Sequence record: MT446416.1
Length of the DNA: 21,635 nt
Direction: 5' to 3' (one strand)
Both the position numbers and the translations under genes were made by a program. The notes beneath the pieces were generated by a model. The model was not told the DNA's origin. It did no database searches and worked only from the letters and a program-made list of their open reading frames with translations. Positions 1-9,446 of the stretch are shown here, piece after piece; positions within the stretch are counted from its first letter, which is position 1; each line of letters begins with the position of its first letter.

Positions 1-375
1 GCTATTATTATCGATATACACCTTCACTCCACTTTCAAGATAATCATTTTCTTTGGAGTTGAAGTTTCTAATAGCAAACTTGACTCCATTTGTTGTATCC
101 GTGAATACATATCGTTCAGCACCGTAGAATGTTCTACCACGAAATAAACTGCCGTCTTCCCACTTCCAACGACTGGAATCATAATCATTAACGTAATCAA
201 TGATTAATGGTAGCAAAGGGTGTTTGCTCAATTTATATTTTGCTTCTAACAGAACACGACGATCTTGATCTGTATTGATACTATCTTTAAGTGAAAAACT
301 TTTTGATATAATTTTAAAGATAATTTCATGCCAAATTAAAGTACTGTTTTGTTTTCCAACTGGGCCAAAAAACAT
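1..375 (-). CDS. Hypothetical protein, 3' end off-window; paralog of 388..954
   Basis: Not in ORF track. Open from ATG at 375 (GAGGA 6 nt upstream) to the window edge: MFFGPVGKQNSTLIWHEIIFKIISKSFSLKDSINTDQDRRVLLEAKYKLSK...SRW, which aligns with KSPSLKAEFKTDDDRKALIEMKYMLSK...PRW of the adjacent gene. Confidence 0.85.
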   Translation of the reverse strand, partial: MFFGPVGKQNSTLIWHEIIFKIISKSFSLKDSINTDQDRRVLLEAKYKLSKHPLLPLIIDYVNDYDSSRWKWEDGSLFRGRTFYGAERYVFTDTTNGVKFAIRNFNSKENDYLESGVKVYIDNNS

Positions 376-387
376 ATTCATTCCTCA

Positions 388-954
388 TTAATATAAATCA
401 GTAATGTCTTTGTATGCATTAAACTGTTTTTGTTGTAATGAAAGTTCATTGAGTTTAGTTACCATTTTATCTACACCGATACGTGTATAGAAAATAATAA
501 ATGAATCTAAATTGCCTAGAGTAATTCTTGAACTGAAATTTGAAAGTTTTCTTGCATAAACATAAATTTCTTCTTCACTTGGTAAACGTTTCTCAATCAG
601 CAAGTTTTCCACAACATTCGGCTCATAAACAATCTCGAACTCTACGCCTATCACAGTATCTTGAATGATATCAGTATATGAACCACCGAAAAAAAACTCT
701 CTTGGTTTGGTTCTCCAACGAGGACTAAATGGGTCAGATGCGTATTCTTTTACAAATTTGTAAAAGGACATTTTACTGAGCATATACTTCATCTCAATTA
801 GTGCTTTGCGGTCATCATCAGTTTTAAACTCTGCTTTGAGCGATGGACTTTTACACAGTAACTTAACTAAATTGTTGTACATCTTTAATGTACGTTGGTC
901 TTTCATTTCTTTGATTTTGTGACGCTTTGGTGGTGGTAGTAAAGATTTGACCAT
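388..954 (-). CDS. Hypothetical phage protein (188 aa)
   Basis: Long ORF with strong SD (CAGGAGG), own sigma70-type promoter, and an adjacent paralog. Confidence 0.9.
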   Translation of the reverse strand: MVKSLLPPPKRHKIKEMKDQRTLKMYNNLVKLLCKSPSLKAEFKTDDDRKALIEMKYMLSKMSFYKFVKEYASDPFSPRWRTKPREFFFGGSYTDIIQDTVIGVEFEIVYEPNVVENLLIEKRLPSEEEIYVYARKLSNFSSRITLGNLDSFIIFYTRIGVDKMVTKLNELSLQQKQFNAYKDITDLY

Positions 955-977
955 AATTTCCTCCTGTATTTTCTAGT

Positions 978-1006
978 ATTATACACATAAAAGAAAAGCC
1001 CGTCAA
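978..1006 (-). promoter_or_regulatory. Sigma70-type promoter for 388..954
   Basis: TTGACG (1006-1001), 17-nt spacer, TATAAT (983-978). Confidence 0.85.
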
Positions 1007-1017
1007 TAGACGAGCTT
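988..1017 (-). terminator. Intrinsic terminator after the tail-like gene cluster
   Basis: AAGCTCGTC-TATT-GACGGGCTT (one G.U pair) followed by TTCTTTT, just after the stop at 1025. Confidence 0.8.
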
Positions 1018-1024
1018 AAAATTT

Positions 1025-3754
1025 TTAATGCCAACGTGTACCAGAGCTTGAAGGAACACCAGAACTTGCAGGGATAGCAGAACCACGCTTGGTTGTACTA
1101 GGTCTGTATGTCAAGAATCGTGTTACCTTTTCAGTATCAATTGACGTGATACTCGTACTTCCAGTAACAATATCACCTACGTATACGTTTGTCAATGTCT
1201 CATCAAGAAGAGTTGTACTGATAACGTATGCCGCTTTTCTTGTGTTACGGTTCATTTGAATGTAAAGATAAAAAGTACTGTTAGCTGGGTTAGTTTTAAT
1301 AGTACTTAATTCTATATTTTGAATCGCTAATCTATCAAACATACCACCAAGGAATACCGGAACTTCACGGGTGAAGTACACAGTGAAACCTTCAGCAACA
1401 TCTTGTGAAACTACTACGATTTTATCTTGTACAGTTCCTGAACCATCAATCAACCCATCCATCTGTGCTGATGTTGTCCCAAAGAGACTAAACACTGCTT
1501 TGGTTTGATAATCTGAATCTTGTAGATGATAGTATCCAAATCCAACACCTGGTATAACTCCGTGCTGGAATGCATTGCCATTATCTATGTAGCTGGATGA
1601 CATAAAACGGTTAGATGTAATCAAACCATTCACTGTTTTAGCAATCATCAATTTGAATTGAGCATTACCCGGTTGTGAAAACTGATGAACTGCATCAACA
1701 CCAATATAACCAAAACCAGAATATTTAGCAACAGTTAGACCTGTACAGCGTTTCATATAGGCTTCGGTTACAATACCTGTTACAGAATTAAGTGTTTCGT
1801 ATCTAGAACTCACCATAGTCGCAGAACTAATATTGGTTCCTGAAACAGTGACATCAACTTCAGAATATATTGCATAACCTTGGTTATTGCCTAAGTTATA
1901 TGCAGAAACCACCGCAATAGATTTTGAGAAAGAACTATCTGGTACATAATATAAAGCAATTTTACCAGAAAATGCTCCTACTATTCCAATATTAGCAAGT
2001 ATTTCTTGTTTTAATGTTTCCAGAACATTATCATCAATTGTATAAGAACCATCAAATTCTAAAGTATCTGGGTTAAACAAACCACCACTTGTTTTGTATA
2101 CACCTTCAATGAATGATGTCCCATAACATTTAACTGAACCGTCAGTATCAATTAGTGAAATCATACCTGTATATTTGAAATCATCACCAAGACGAATTCG
2201 ATTAGCTTGTGGAGCAAAACCATTAAGTGTTGTATTGTTTTGTACTGAATTGAACTGGAAGGTTGGATCAGTACCAATTTCAGAAAATACTGTATTGTTA
2301 TAACCATATGACTCACCTTCATATGTTCCAGAACATGCTAACAGTACTTTACGTTTATCAATAAAACGTGTTCCTAAAAGGTTTTCACCTACTGCACTAC
2401 CATATGTTGGGGCAACGTTTACAAATTTGGAATTGTTCGCTTTACGAGTACTGGCAATCCAACTATCATATGGTGTTCCTGTTACGTTGTAAACCTGAAT
2501 ACCATAGGTTTCAGATGAACTCCAACGAGCACGAGTGCTGAATACTAAACCGTCATAGGTTTGGCATATAGAACCAACGTTACCTAATAGTGGAACACCT
2601 AACTGTGTACCCATGAAGTTATTCATCTCAATTGCAAATGGGTTTGTTAGTGTGAATCCATCAACATCATTATATCCCGCAGCTATTGGTGCTCTACTAC
2701 TTCCATCAATTGATAATGATTTAGAGTTGATAGTGTAAACAAAACTAAAACCACTAGCATAAACAGTACTAATATATAGATTTGATACTAAACGGTTAGT
2801 TGGGAATAATGTAATTCTAATCTTTGATAAATCGGGACTTACGTTTGCTTGTATATTATAATCTGTATAATCTGAATATTCAACTCGTGTAACTGGTGAA
2901 GTGCATTCAAATAATGAATCACTGCTAGTTCCAACTGAATATAATCTTTCATAAATTTTCAAATTATTAGCACTTGTGTAGTTAACACTTCTTAAGGTTT
3001 GACCAGAAAAACCAGTAACCTTAGCAAAAGTACTCATAGTACCATCTTTAATACTACTTGTATCAACAGTATATAATGTTAAAGCCAAACCATAGTTTGC
3101 TATAGTAGTGTCTTTGCACCACACAAATACTTTATCATTAACGATATGTGCATATAATGGTTTATCTGTACCAAATGCTGTACCAGCGATAGAAGCGTGA
3201 ATATGTGCAACTTCGTTAAATGTACCATTTGTTAAAGTGAAAATATAATTACTTGCACTTGATAGACTAACTAGCAATTCATAACCATTCGTTCCGATGA
3301 ATTGTTTAACATTTTCAGTACTTGGAAGAATTCTAGGATGATATTTTGATGTAGTACTGATAACACTACTTTGTGTTAGTACATCAATATTACGTAAATC
3401 ACGAATAAATGCGTAGTAATATCCTTCAGTACTACCATTTGTACCAGCACGTAAAACCACACCAGTACCATCATCTTCGACTATTGTTGGTTGCATACGG
3501 TATACATTTGAAAGCGATGTTGCACCTTCGTATGAACCATTAACGTTTAAAGGTAGATAATCCATTTCCCCTATACGGGAGATTGGTAACATATCAAGTA
3601 TTTTTTGAACTTCTGATCTTTTATAAATTGGATAGTCAACAATACCTGTATTTGCGTCTGGTGCTGTACCATTAAAAGTACGCATAGCGTACTTTCCACC
3701 AATTGCCAAATTTCCAAGTATAGCAGCACTACCAATGATGCGTTTGGATGACAT
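1025..3754 (-). CDS. Putative virion tail/baseplate fibre protein (909 aa), paralog family member
   Basis: Large S/T/G/N-rich beta-type protein. Shares the N-terminal motif (DAN...E...LPIS.IG) and the C-terminal ~120 aa (VVSQDVAEGF...GSAIPASSG.PS..G..W) with the two adjacent genes. Resembles the phiKZ gp131-like paralog family (from memory, unverified). Confidence 0.7.
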   Translation of the reverse strand: MSSKRIIGSAAILGNLAIGGKYAMRTFNGTAPDANTGIVDYPIYKRSEVQKILDMLPISRIGEMDYLPLNVNGSYEGATSLSNVYRMQPTIVEDDGTGVVLRAGTNGSTEGYYYAFIRDLRNIDVLTQSSVISTTSKYHPRILPSTENVKQFIGTNGYELLVSLSSASNYIFTLTNGTFNEVAHIHASIAGTAFGTDKPLYAHIVNDKVFVWCKDTTIANYGLALTLYTVDTSSIKDGTMSTFAKVTGFSGQTLRSVNYTSANNLKIYERLYSVGTSSDSLFECTSPVTRVEYSDYTDYNIQANVSPDLSKIRITLFPTNRLVSNLYISTVYASGFSFVYTINSKSLSIDGSSRAPIAAGYNDVDGFTLTNPFAIEMNNFMGTQLGVPLLGNVGSICQTYDGLVFSTRARWSSSETYGIQVYNVTGTPYDSWIASTRKANNSKFVNVAPTYGSAVGENLLGTRFIDKRKVLLACSGTYEGESYGYNNTVFSEIGTDPTFQFNSVQNNTTLNGFAPQANRIRLGDDFKYTGMISLIDTDGSVKCYGTSFIEGVYKTSGGLFNPDTLEFDGSYTIDDNVLETLKQEILANIGIVGAFSGKIALYYVPDSSFSKSIAVVSAYNLGNNQGYAIYSEVDVTVSGTNISSATMVSSRYETLNSVTGIVTEAYMKRCTGLTVAKYSGFGYIGVDAVHQFSQPGNAQFKLMIAKTVNGLITSNRFMSSSYIDNGNAFQHGVIPGVGFGYYHLQDSDYQTKAVFSLFGTTSAQMDGLIDGSGTVQDKIVVVSQDVAEGFTVYFTREVPVFLGGMFDRLAIQNIELSTIKTNPANSTFYLYIQMNRNTRKAAYVISTTLLDETLTNVYVGDIVTGSTSITSIDTEKVTRFLTYRPSTTKRGSAIPASSGVPSSSGTRWH

Positions 3755-3770
3755 ATTCTTTTTCCTTTAA

Positions 3771-4358
3771 TTACCAGTCTAATGTACCAGTTTGTGTTGG
3801 ATTTCCAGTACTGACTGGGAAAGATGAACCTTTTTGTGTTGTACTTGGTCTGTATGTATTGAATCGTGATACGCGTTCAATGTTGATAGCAGTAATACCA
3901 GAAGTTCCAACGGTAATAGTCCCGATGAACATTATAATCTGTGATTCTTGTAATTGTGAAGTTGAGATTCTATAAATTGGCTCACCCAGTACTAAAGTAG
4001 CGTATACATATTGTGTTTGTGTTCCTGATGCCACTGTTGGTGCTGTCACTGCAACAACAGGGTAATTATAAAGATAGCCTCCGATGAATGCAGGTATCTC
4101 TCGGTTAAAACGTAATGAATAACCGCTTGATGTAATTGACAAACTAGATACATCATAAAGTTCACCATATTGTGATAATGGTAAACCGTTAACAATAGAA
4201 TCAACTTCATCTTTTGTTAAGAGGGGGAATGTACATTCCCCATTTGCGTCTGTTCGATACGATACGTCATTAATATCACTAATAGATAGTCCAGTGTTTT
4301 TATTCTGGACTACGATTTGTGACATAGCTTCGATATCGGATCTTATAATATATGCCAT
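3771..4358 (-). CDS. Putative virion structural protein (195 aa), short member of the paralog family
   Basis: DANG...TKDEV...LPLSQYG motif joined directly to the shared C-terminal domain (...RPSTTQKGSSFPVSTGNPTQTGTLDW). SD AAAGGA. Confidence 0.7.
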   Translation of the reverse strand: MAYIIRSDIEAMSQIVVQNKNTGLSISDINDVSYRTDANGECTFPLLTKDEVDSIVNGLPLSQYGELYDVSSLSITSSGYSLRFNREIPAFIGGYLYNYPVVAVTAPTVASGTQTQYVYATLVLGEPIYRISTSQLQESQIIMFIGTITVGTSGITAINIERVSRFNTYRPSTTQKGSSFPVSTGNPTQTGTLDW

Positions 4359-4370
4359 AAGATTAATCCT

Positions 4371-7067
4371 TTACCAATTGATTGTTCCTGTTTGTGACGG
4401 TAGACCATAACTAACTGGGAATGAAGAACCAGCAGCTTCAAGCGACGCACCGAAAATATCCAATCTTGAACGTTTTTGTATGTTAACATTTGATATTTGT
4501 AGTGAGTTTGTTTGTATAGTACCTATCCAGAAAATATTATATGCTGTAGTACCAGTCTCTGAAATAACATCAGTTGTTATTACATATTTTGCATTACCTT
4601 GTTCCATTTTAACATATACATGAAATAATGTGTTTGCCGGATTAGCCTTAACTGTAGTTAAGTTTATACTAGTAATAGGTAATGTAAATGCTTTACCAGA
4701 AAGAATTACTGGAGTTTCTTCTGTGAAGTACACAATAAAACCTTGAGCAACGTCTTGTGAAACTACGTTAATCGGTGCACCTTGAGCAGTCCAGTTATTA
4801 TAATCAGCAATTGTAGTACCACATTTTTGGAAAGTCATTTTGTTTACATAGTCTATTGCTTGGAAATAACCAAAACCAATACCAGGTAAAGCTGCTGGTT
4901 GAATACCTTGCTCATAACTTGCATGTGAACCACTGATAATAAAACTATCAAATTGTGCAGTTGCTTTTGTTACATATGCTCTGAATTGGTGTGTGTTTGT
5001 ATTACCAATAGTTGGGTGAGATAATGGGTCAGAACCACCTATGAAGTAGAAAGAACCACCATCATATATTGTTAAACCAACAGAAGACGATGCAAAACTA
5101 CCATTACCATTTGGTGTAAAGTTACTTCCGTAAACGTTTTCTAGTACTAAACGCTTGAAGGTAATTGTAGTGATATTACCTGAACGTGTATTCACATTCA
5201 CTTCAGCAATTCTAATATAGTTCTGATATGTATTTGTAACTGTACTTAGCATTACGAATGCAGGTATATCAGTTTGTTGTGGAACAAACAATGTCATATC
5301 TTTATAAGCAGCAGGAGATAAGTTCCAGTCGCTTAGTACTTTAGCGTATTCAGCATTTCTGAAATTATCAAGTACTGATTGAGTAACACTAATGATACCA
5401 GTTCCGTTCATATTTTTATCATATGATAGTGATTGGGAATATCTCTGACCTACCATGAATATCCCACCATTTGTAGTAACATTATTACCACTAATGGAAC
5501 TAATAAAAACTCTGTTGTTAGTGTTATCTGTCACATTAGCACGTTCTGTTGTTGGCTCATAACCTTGTATGGTTCCACGTGATAAAGAATTAAACGTAAA
5601 GTTAGGAGTACTTTTATGAACTGCATAAGATGGACGGAATGCACCAGAACCAGTTGAACGAGAATACTGTTTAGTACTGTTCCCTGGAAGCAATTCTACT
5701 CCGTTAATAAAAGAACCAACTGCTGAACCAAATGAAGGACGGACTATACCATTTCTGAAATCAGTTGAAATGTTCGCACGTACATTGATCATGCTATATA
5801 TTGATTGCGAAGTAAATTTAGCTTTCTGCATAAGTAATGGTTCTGCTAAGTTTGGACATGCAGTACAGAATACATCACCTGTATTCAGATAATAATATGA
5901 ACTGTAAATATTTCTTGCACCGTTATGGTCATATAACGGATCTTTGTTGAGAACATTACCAGTAGCAACCAATGCCGAACCTGTGTTTGTGACAACCAAT
6001 GGTGCAGCAAATGTACCAATATCGTTCCCAGTATCCAAGTTACATTGTTTAGTACTCATGTTAAAATTGAAACTATAACTATGCTGTGGTCGGGTATTGT
6101 AGTTTGCCATAGTGAACCATGCGTCACCATTCATTCTGAATCGGAAGTTCTGCGTTCCTGGCTCCTGAGCAACATATAAATCGATAGATGTCATATAAAT
6201 CCCCATACCAGCCAAATTTTGTGGTACATAGACATAGGGCTTATCAGCTATATTAGTTGAGTTAACATGGTCAGTAATGATTATATTATTCTGAGAAGTA
6301 TATGTAGTATTGTAAAAAGTTTTTGTTGTCCACCCCGTGATTCGGGTAGCAGTATAAGTACCGTTTGCAATATTCAACACAACACGAACAACAACAATCT
6401 GTAGTTTGTTATTTTCATTAAGGACGTTGAATACATAAACTGAACCGTCTTCTGCCATCATAGCATACTCAATCCCACCTTCAGGTGAAATATCAGCTTG
6501 GTTCACAAAAAGACCACTATGTTGTGTATCATCCAATGTACCATTCGTTACTGATATAAACAACCCATTAGTACTGGTAGATGTGTCATTGTAACGACCT
6601 AACAGTATTTTTGAATCGGTATTGTATAAACCAATAGCAACACGGTTTGCCCCGAAATAGCCAGGCTTATACTGACGGCTTGTATTAACAGTACGACTCA
6701 TATCGGTAACTGATAATGCGTTCGCTAGGTAAGAATAAAACAAACCTTCAACACTACCGTTTGTACCACTACGTAATAGTACTAATGTGCCATCGTTTTC
6801 TAAAAGTATTTTGTTTCTACGTTGGGATTGGTTTTCTGATGCACCATTAAAATCACCAGATACCCCAGCAGGTAGATAGTTATGTGTACCATAATGCGAG
6901 ATTGGAAGTAAACTAATTACATCAAGTAATTCTTCTTTGGAATATGTATCAATTTCCATATTACCATTAGCATCAAATACTTGATCATTGATGCCCTGTA
7001 CTGTTCTTTTCCCTTTAACTGTCACATTATGAGTGACGTCTAAGCCACCATATATTTTCTTTGACAT
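4371..7067 (-). CDS. Putative virion tail/baseplate fibre protein (898 aa), paralog family member
   Basis: Clear paralog of 1025..3754 (LRSGTNGSVEGLFY vs LRAGTNGSTEGYYY, VVSQDVAQGF, GSSFPVSYGLPSQTGTINW). Preceded by a late-promoter-like octamer. Confidence 0.7.
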   Translation of the reverse strand: MSKKIYGGLDVTHNVTVKGKRTVQGINDQVFDANGNMEIDTYSKEELLDVISLLPISHYGTHNYLPAGVSGDFNGASENQSQRRNKILLENDGTLVLLRSGTNGSVEGLFYSYLANALSVTDMSRTVNTSRQYKPGYFGANRVAIGLYNTDSKILLGRYNDTSTSTNGLFISVTNGTLDDTQHSGLFVNQADISPEGGIEYAMMAEDGSVYVFNVLNENNKLQIVVVRVVLNIANGTYTATRITGWTTKTFYNTTYTSQNNIIITDHVNSTNIADKPYVYVPQNLAGMGIYMTSIDLYVAQEPGTQNFRFRMNGDAWFTMANYNTRPQHSYSFNFNMSTKQCNLDTGNDIGTFAAPLVVTNTGSALVATGNVLNKDPLYDHNGARNIYSSYYYLNTGDVFCTACPNLAEPLLMQKAKFTSQSIYSMINVRANISTDFRNGIVRPSFGSAVGSFINGVELLPGNSTKQYSRSTGSGAFRPSYAVHKSTPNFTFNSLSRGTIQGYEPTTERANVTDNTNNRVFISSISGNNVTTNGGIFMVGQRYSQSLSYDKNMNGTGIISVTQSVLDNFRNAEYAKVLSDWNLSPAAYKDMTLFVPQQTDIPAFVMLSTVTNTYQNYIRIAEVNVNTRSGNITTITFKRLVLENVYGSNFTPNGNGSFASSSVGLTIYDGGSFYFIGGSDPLSHPTIGNTNTHQFRAYVTKATAQFDSFIISGSHASYEQGIQPAALPGIGFGYFQAIDYVNKMTFQKCGTTIADYNNWTAQGAPINVVSQDVAQGFIVYFTEETPVILSGKAFTLPITSINLTTVKANPANTLFHVYVKMEQGNAKYVITTDVISETGTTAYNIFWIGTIQTNSLQISNVNIQKRSRLDIFGASLEAAGSSFPVSYGLPSQTGTINW

Positions 7068-7100
7068 ACATATCCCTTGTAATTTAGATATTAGTTACTG

Positions 7101-7108
7101 TATTTATG
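7101..7108 (-). promoter_or_regulatory. T4-like late promoter variant CATAAATA upstream of the structural cluster
   Basis: One mismatch to T4 late consensus TATAAATA. Lies between the nrdG terminator and the first structural gene. The same octamer occurs at 9422 and 11216, both non-coding. Confidence 0.6.
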
Positions 7109-7116
7109 AATGTACT

Positions 7117-7139
7117 AAAAAAGCACCCATTGGGTGCTT
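7117..7139 (-). terminator. Intrinsic terminator after nrdG
   Basis: AAGCACCC-AAT-GGGTGCTT followed by TTTT. Confidence 0.8.
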
Positions 7140-7143
7140 GTGT

Positions 7144-7614
7144 TTAAAAGTCTTTATTTTTATATAAAATTCGTTGGTTATTTGAACCACGAAAAGGTAA
7201 TGTTAAATTCTTTTCTTCTGAAACAAATTTACCATCAACTAATACATCTAAGTACTGAAGAATGTCTTTAGCATGATTATCCATAATCTCTTCTAACGTA
7301 TATCCACTCCAGCACCAAATAGTTTTATTGGGATAAGTCTCTTTTACAATCTTACATAGTTCTAAAATTGTTTCTATGTTCTTTTTCATTAGAGGATCTC
7401 CACCAAGGAGGGATAATCCACTAACGTAAGGCTTACTGAGTTCAGCTAAAATTATATCAATTGTATCAGTACTGAACTCTTGTCCACTTCGGTAGTCCCA
7501 TGCATGTTCTGAGTAACATCCGGGGCATCCATGTGAACAACCGCTTACGAAAAGTGAACATCTAACACCTTCACCATTTATCAAATCATCTTTGAAAATT
7601 GCCATATAATTCAT
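7144..7614 (-). CDS. nrdG: Anaerobic ribonucleotide reductase activating enzyme (radical SAM)
   Basis: NGEGVRCSLFVSGCSHGCPGC (CxxxCxxC), GLSLLGGDPL, DVLVDGKFV, RGSNNQRI. Confidence 0.97.
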   Translation of the reverse strand: MNYMAIFKDDLINGEGVRCSLFVSGCSHGCPGCYSEHAWDYRSGQEFSTDTIDIILAELSKPYVSGLSLLGGDPLMKKNIETILELCKIVKETYPNKTIWCWSGYTLEEIMDNHAKDILQYLDVLVDGKFVSEEKNLTLPFRGSNNQRILYKNKDF

Positions 7615-8540
7615 TTAATATTCCTTACTAGGTTATTTAAAATCTCCACATGGTTTTCATCATAACGTATTCTGATAAACTGTATATTATTGTCTATACA
7701 GAACTTTGTTTTTATATTGTCATTAATTTGTCTATTAATAAATTCTTTCTCCCCTCCCCAATGTTCAAAAATTTCATAATGTTGTTTACCATCATATTCT
7801 ATTAATATATTATAATCATTCAAATATATGTCAAATGGTAATTTTTGTTTGTTGTAACATTCAGGGAATTTTTTTTCTCGTTCAAAAGATATATTATTTT
7901 TTGTCAATATTTCAATTATATCATACATAGCTTTTGATGTGCTAGTATGTAACGCACACTCTGGGCATCCTCTTCCTGAGTTTAATGATGTTGGTGTAAT
8001 ATTAAATTCATGACCTTTTTCACAAATTGCAATACTAGGAGTTCTTACATTTATATATTTGAATTTATTAAAATTGTAATCTTTGAATTTATTATTTGAT
8101 TTTATTTTTGATATAAAATAATCTGAATCAATATTATGTTTTCTCCCATTTTTCATTTTACAAAGTTCACATCCAGTATTTCCTCTCAAGAAGGTTCTTG
8201 CTCTCAATGTTTTGGATTTTTTATGGATATTACACATAACTGTTATATTATCAACCATGCGAGTATAATCACTGATTAGTGTGAATTTATCTCCATAAAT
8301 TTTATTCATTTCTTGTATGAATTCATATTTTGATTTTGTTATTTTATTATCAGAACATTTTTTACAGCCCTTCCCACTTAAAAGTATATTTGGTGTTGAA
8401 TAAAAATCCGTTTTACATATGTTACAGTGGACATGTATTTTACATTGTGACCCGCCGTATTCATTTAAAAATGTGAATTTTTGTCCATGTATTAACAAAA
8501 TCTTATTAATGAATTCTTCATGTGTAAGTTTACGTGGCAT
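7611..8540 (-). CDS. Free-standing putative homing endonuclease: three Zn-binding repeats plus C-terminal Vsr/DUF559-like PD-(D/E)xK nuclease (309 aa)
   Basis: Three ~63-aa repeats each ending GCxxC (GCKKC, GCELC, GCPEC), then LPFDIY...ILIEYDGKQHY. Start moved from 8597 to ATG 8540 because of SD AAAGGAG. Stop overlaps the nrdG start (ATGA). Confidence 0.8.
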   Translation of the reverse strand: MPRKLTHEEFINKILLIHGQKFTFLNEYGGSQCKIHVHCNICKTDFYSTPNILLSGKGCKKCSDNKITKSKYEFIQEMNKIYGDKFTLISDYTRMVDNITVMCNIHKKSKTLRARTFLRGNTGCELCKMKNGRKHNIDSDYFISKIKSNNKFKDYNFNKFKYINVRTPSIAICEKGHEFNITPTSLNSGRGCPECALHTSTSKAMYDIIEILTKNNISFEREKKFPECYNKQKLPFDIYLNDYNILIEYDGKQHYEIFEHWGGEKEFINRQINDNIKTKFCIDNNIQFIRIRYDENHVEILNNLVRNIK

Positions 8541-8550
8541 TATTAAAACT

Positions 8551-8585
8551 CCTTTGACATTTGTGATGTTTATAAATGCCAAAGG
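8551..8585 (-). promoter_or_regulatory. RBS-sequestering hairpin containing late-promoter-like TATAAACA, upstream of the free-standing endonuclease
   Basis: CCTTTGGCATTT pairs with AAATGTCAAAGG (12 bp, one G.U); the 3' arm includes AAAGG of the SD. TATAAACA at 8574-8567. Confidence 0.7.
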
Positions 8586-8597
8586 GTATATCCTCAT

Positions 8598-8924
8598 TTA
8601 ATTATCGTCTGGTAATTCATCTAGTATTGCACTCACTATTTCAACGAGAACATCACCATGACATGATTTTGGTTTACAGAAACAACCAAGACGTTTCCCT
8701 GCTAATTCAAGTAAATCATCAATTTTAACTTCGCCATTAGAAATACGTTCAATTATGTATTCTCTGAACTTTTCGATTGATTCTTCCCTTGTAGCAACAA
8801 TGAACTCGGCCTTAGTCTGTTTATCATTGATATGGGTAAATGGGTTACCCCATTTAGACCCACGACCAATGTACACATCATACGGTTCTTTGTATTTGTT
8901 AACCACAATTGGCTTTAAATCCAT
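8598..8924 (-). CDS. DUF4326 family protein
   Basis: YIGRGSKWGNPF and LGCFCKPKSCHGDVL motifs. ATG at 8924 overlaps the grcA stop (TGATG), SD AAGGA. Confidence 0.85.
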   Translation of the reverse strand: MDLKPIVVNKYKEPYDVYIGRGSKWGNPFTHINDKQTKAEFIVATREESIEKFREYIIERISNGEVKIDDLLELAGKRLGCFCKPKSCHGDVLVEIVSAILDELPDDN

Positions 8925-9283
8925 CAAATTTCCTTTGTAAAGGTACGAGAAATTACATCATCTTGTTGTTCTTTTGTTAGTGAATTGAAACGAACAGCAT
9001 AACCACTAACACGAATAGTAAGTTGCGGATACTTTTCTGGATTGTTTTGTGCATCAATGAGTTGTTCTTTAGATAAAACATTTACATTCAAATGTTGACC
9101 ACCCTCAATAACTGGTTCATGTTTGACCTGTACATCACGTAGAACCTCACCATCAAAAGTACTCAATAGTACTTCATCATCTTCGGAAAAAGTTTTAGAT
9201 ACTACAATTTTTACAACATCATCTTCTTTTAGAAAAATAGTACCACGATGTTCACCTGACATTACCTGTTTAGCTTCTAACAT
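8924..9283 (-). CDS. grcA: Autonomous glycyl radical cofactor (GrcA/YfiD-like)
   Basis: GGQHLNVNV...[34 protein letters not shown] glycyl-radical signature. Confidence 0.95.
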   Translation of the reverse strand: MLEAKQVMSGEHRGTIFLKEDDVVKIVVSKTFSEDDEVLLSTFDGEVLRDVQVKHEPVIEGGQHLNVNVLSKEQLIDAQNNPEKYPQLTIRVSGYAVRFNSLTKEQQDDVISRTFTKEI

Positions 9284-9320
9284 ATATTTCTCCTTAATTT
9301 TATTTCAGTGTTTTTTTAAT

Positions 9321-9329
9321 ATTCTATCA
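9321..9329 (-). promoter_or_regulatory. Possible extended -10 promoter for grcA
   Basis: TGA-TAGAAT about 40 nt upstream of the ATG; no convincing -35. Confidence 0.4.
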
Positions 9330-9350
9330 TCAAACGATATTTTATAAACA

Positions 9351-9382
9351 AATGAACAAAAAAAATAGATTCTTTGTTCATT
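9351..9382. repeat. Inverted repeat (10-bp arms)
   Basis: AATGAACAAA (9351-9360) and TTTGTTCATT (9373-9382). Confidence 0.75.
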
Positions 9383-9404
9383 TTTTCATTTCATAATTAG
9401 TTTA

Positions 9405-9439
9405 CTCGATTTAATTTTAAATATTTATGTTAAATCGAG
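9405..9439. repeat. Inverted repeat (10-bp arms) with CATAAATA in the loop
   Basis: CTCGATTTAA (9405-9414) and TTAAATCGAG (9430-9439). No U-tract on the coding strand. Confidence 0.75.
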
Positions 9440-9446
9440 ACAATTA

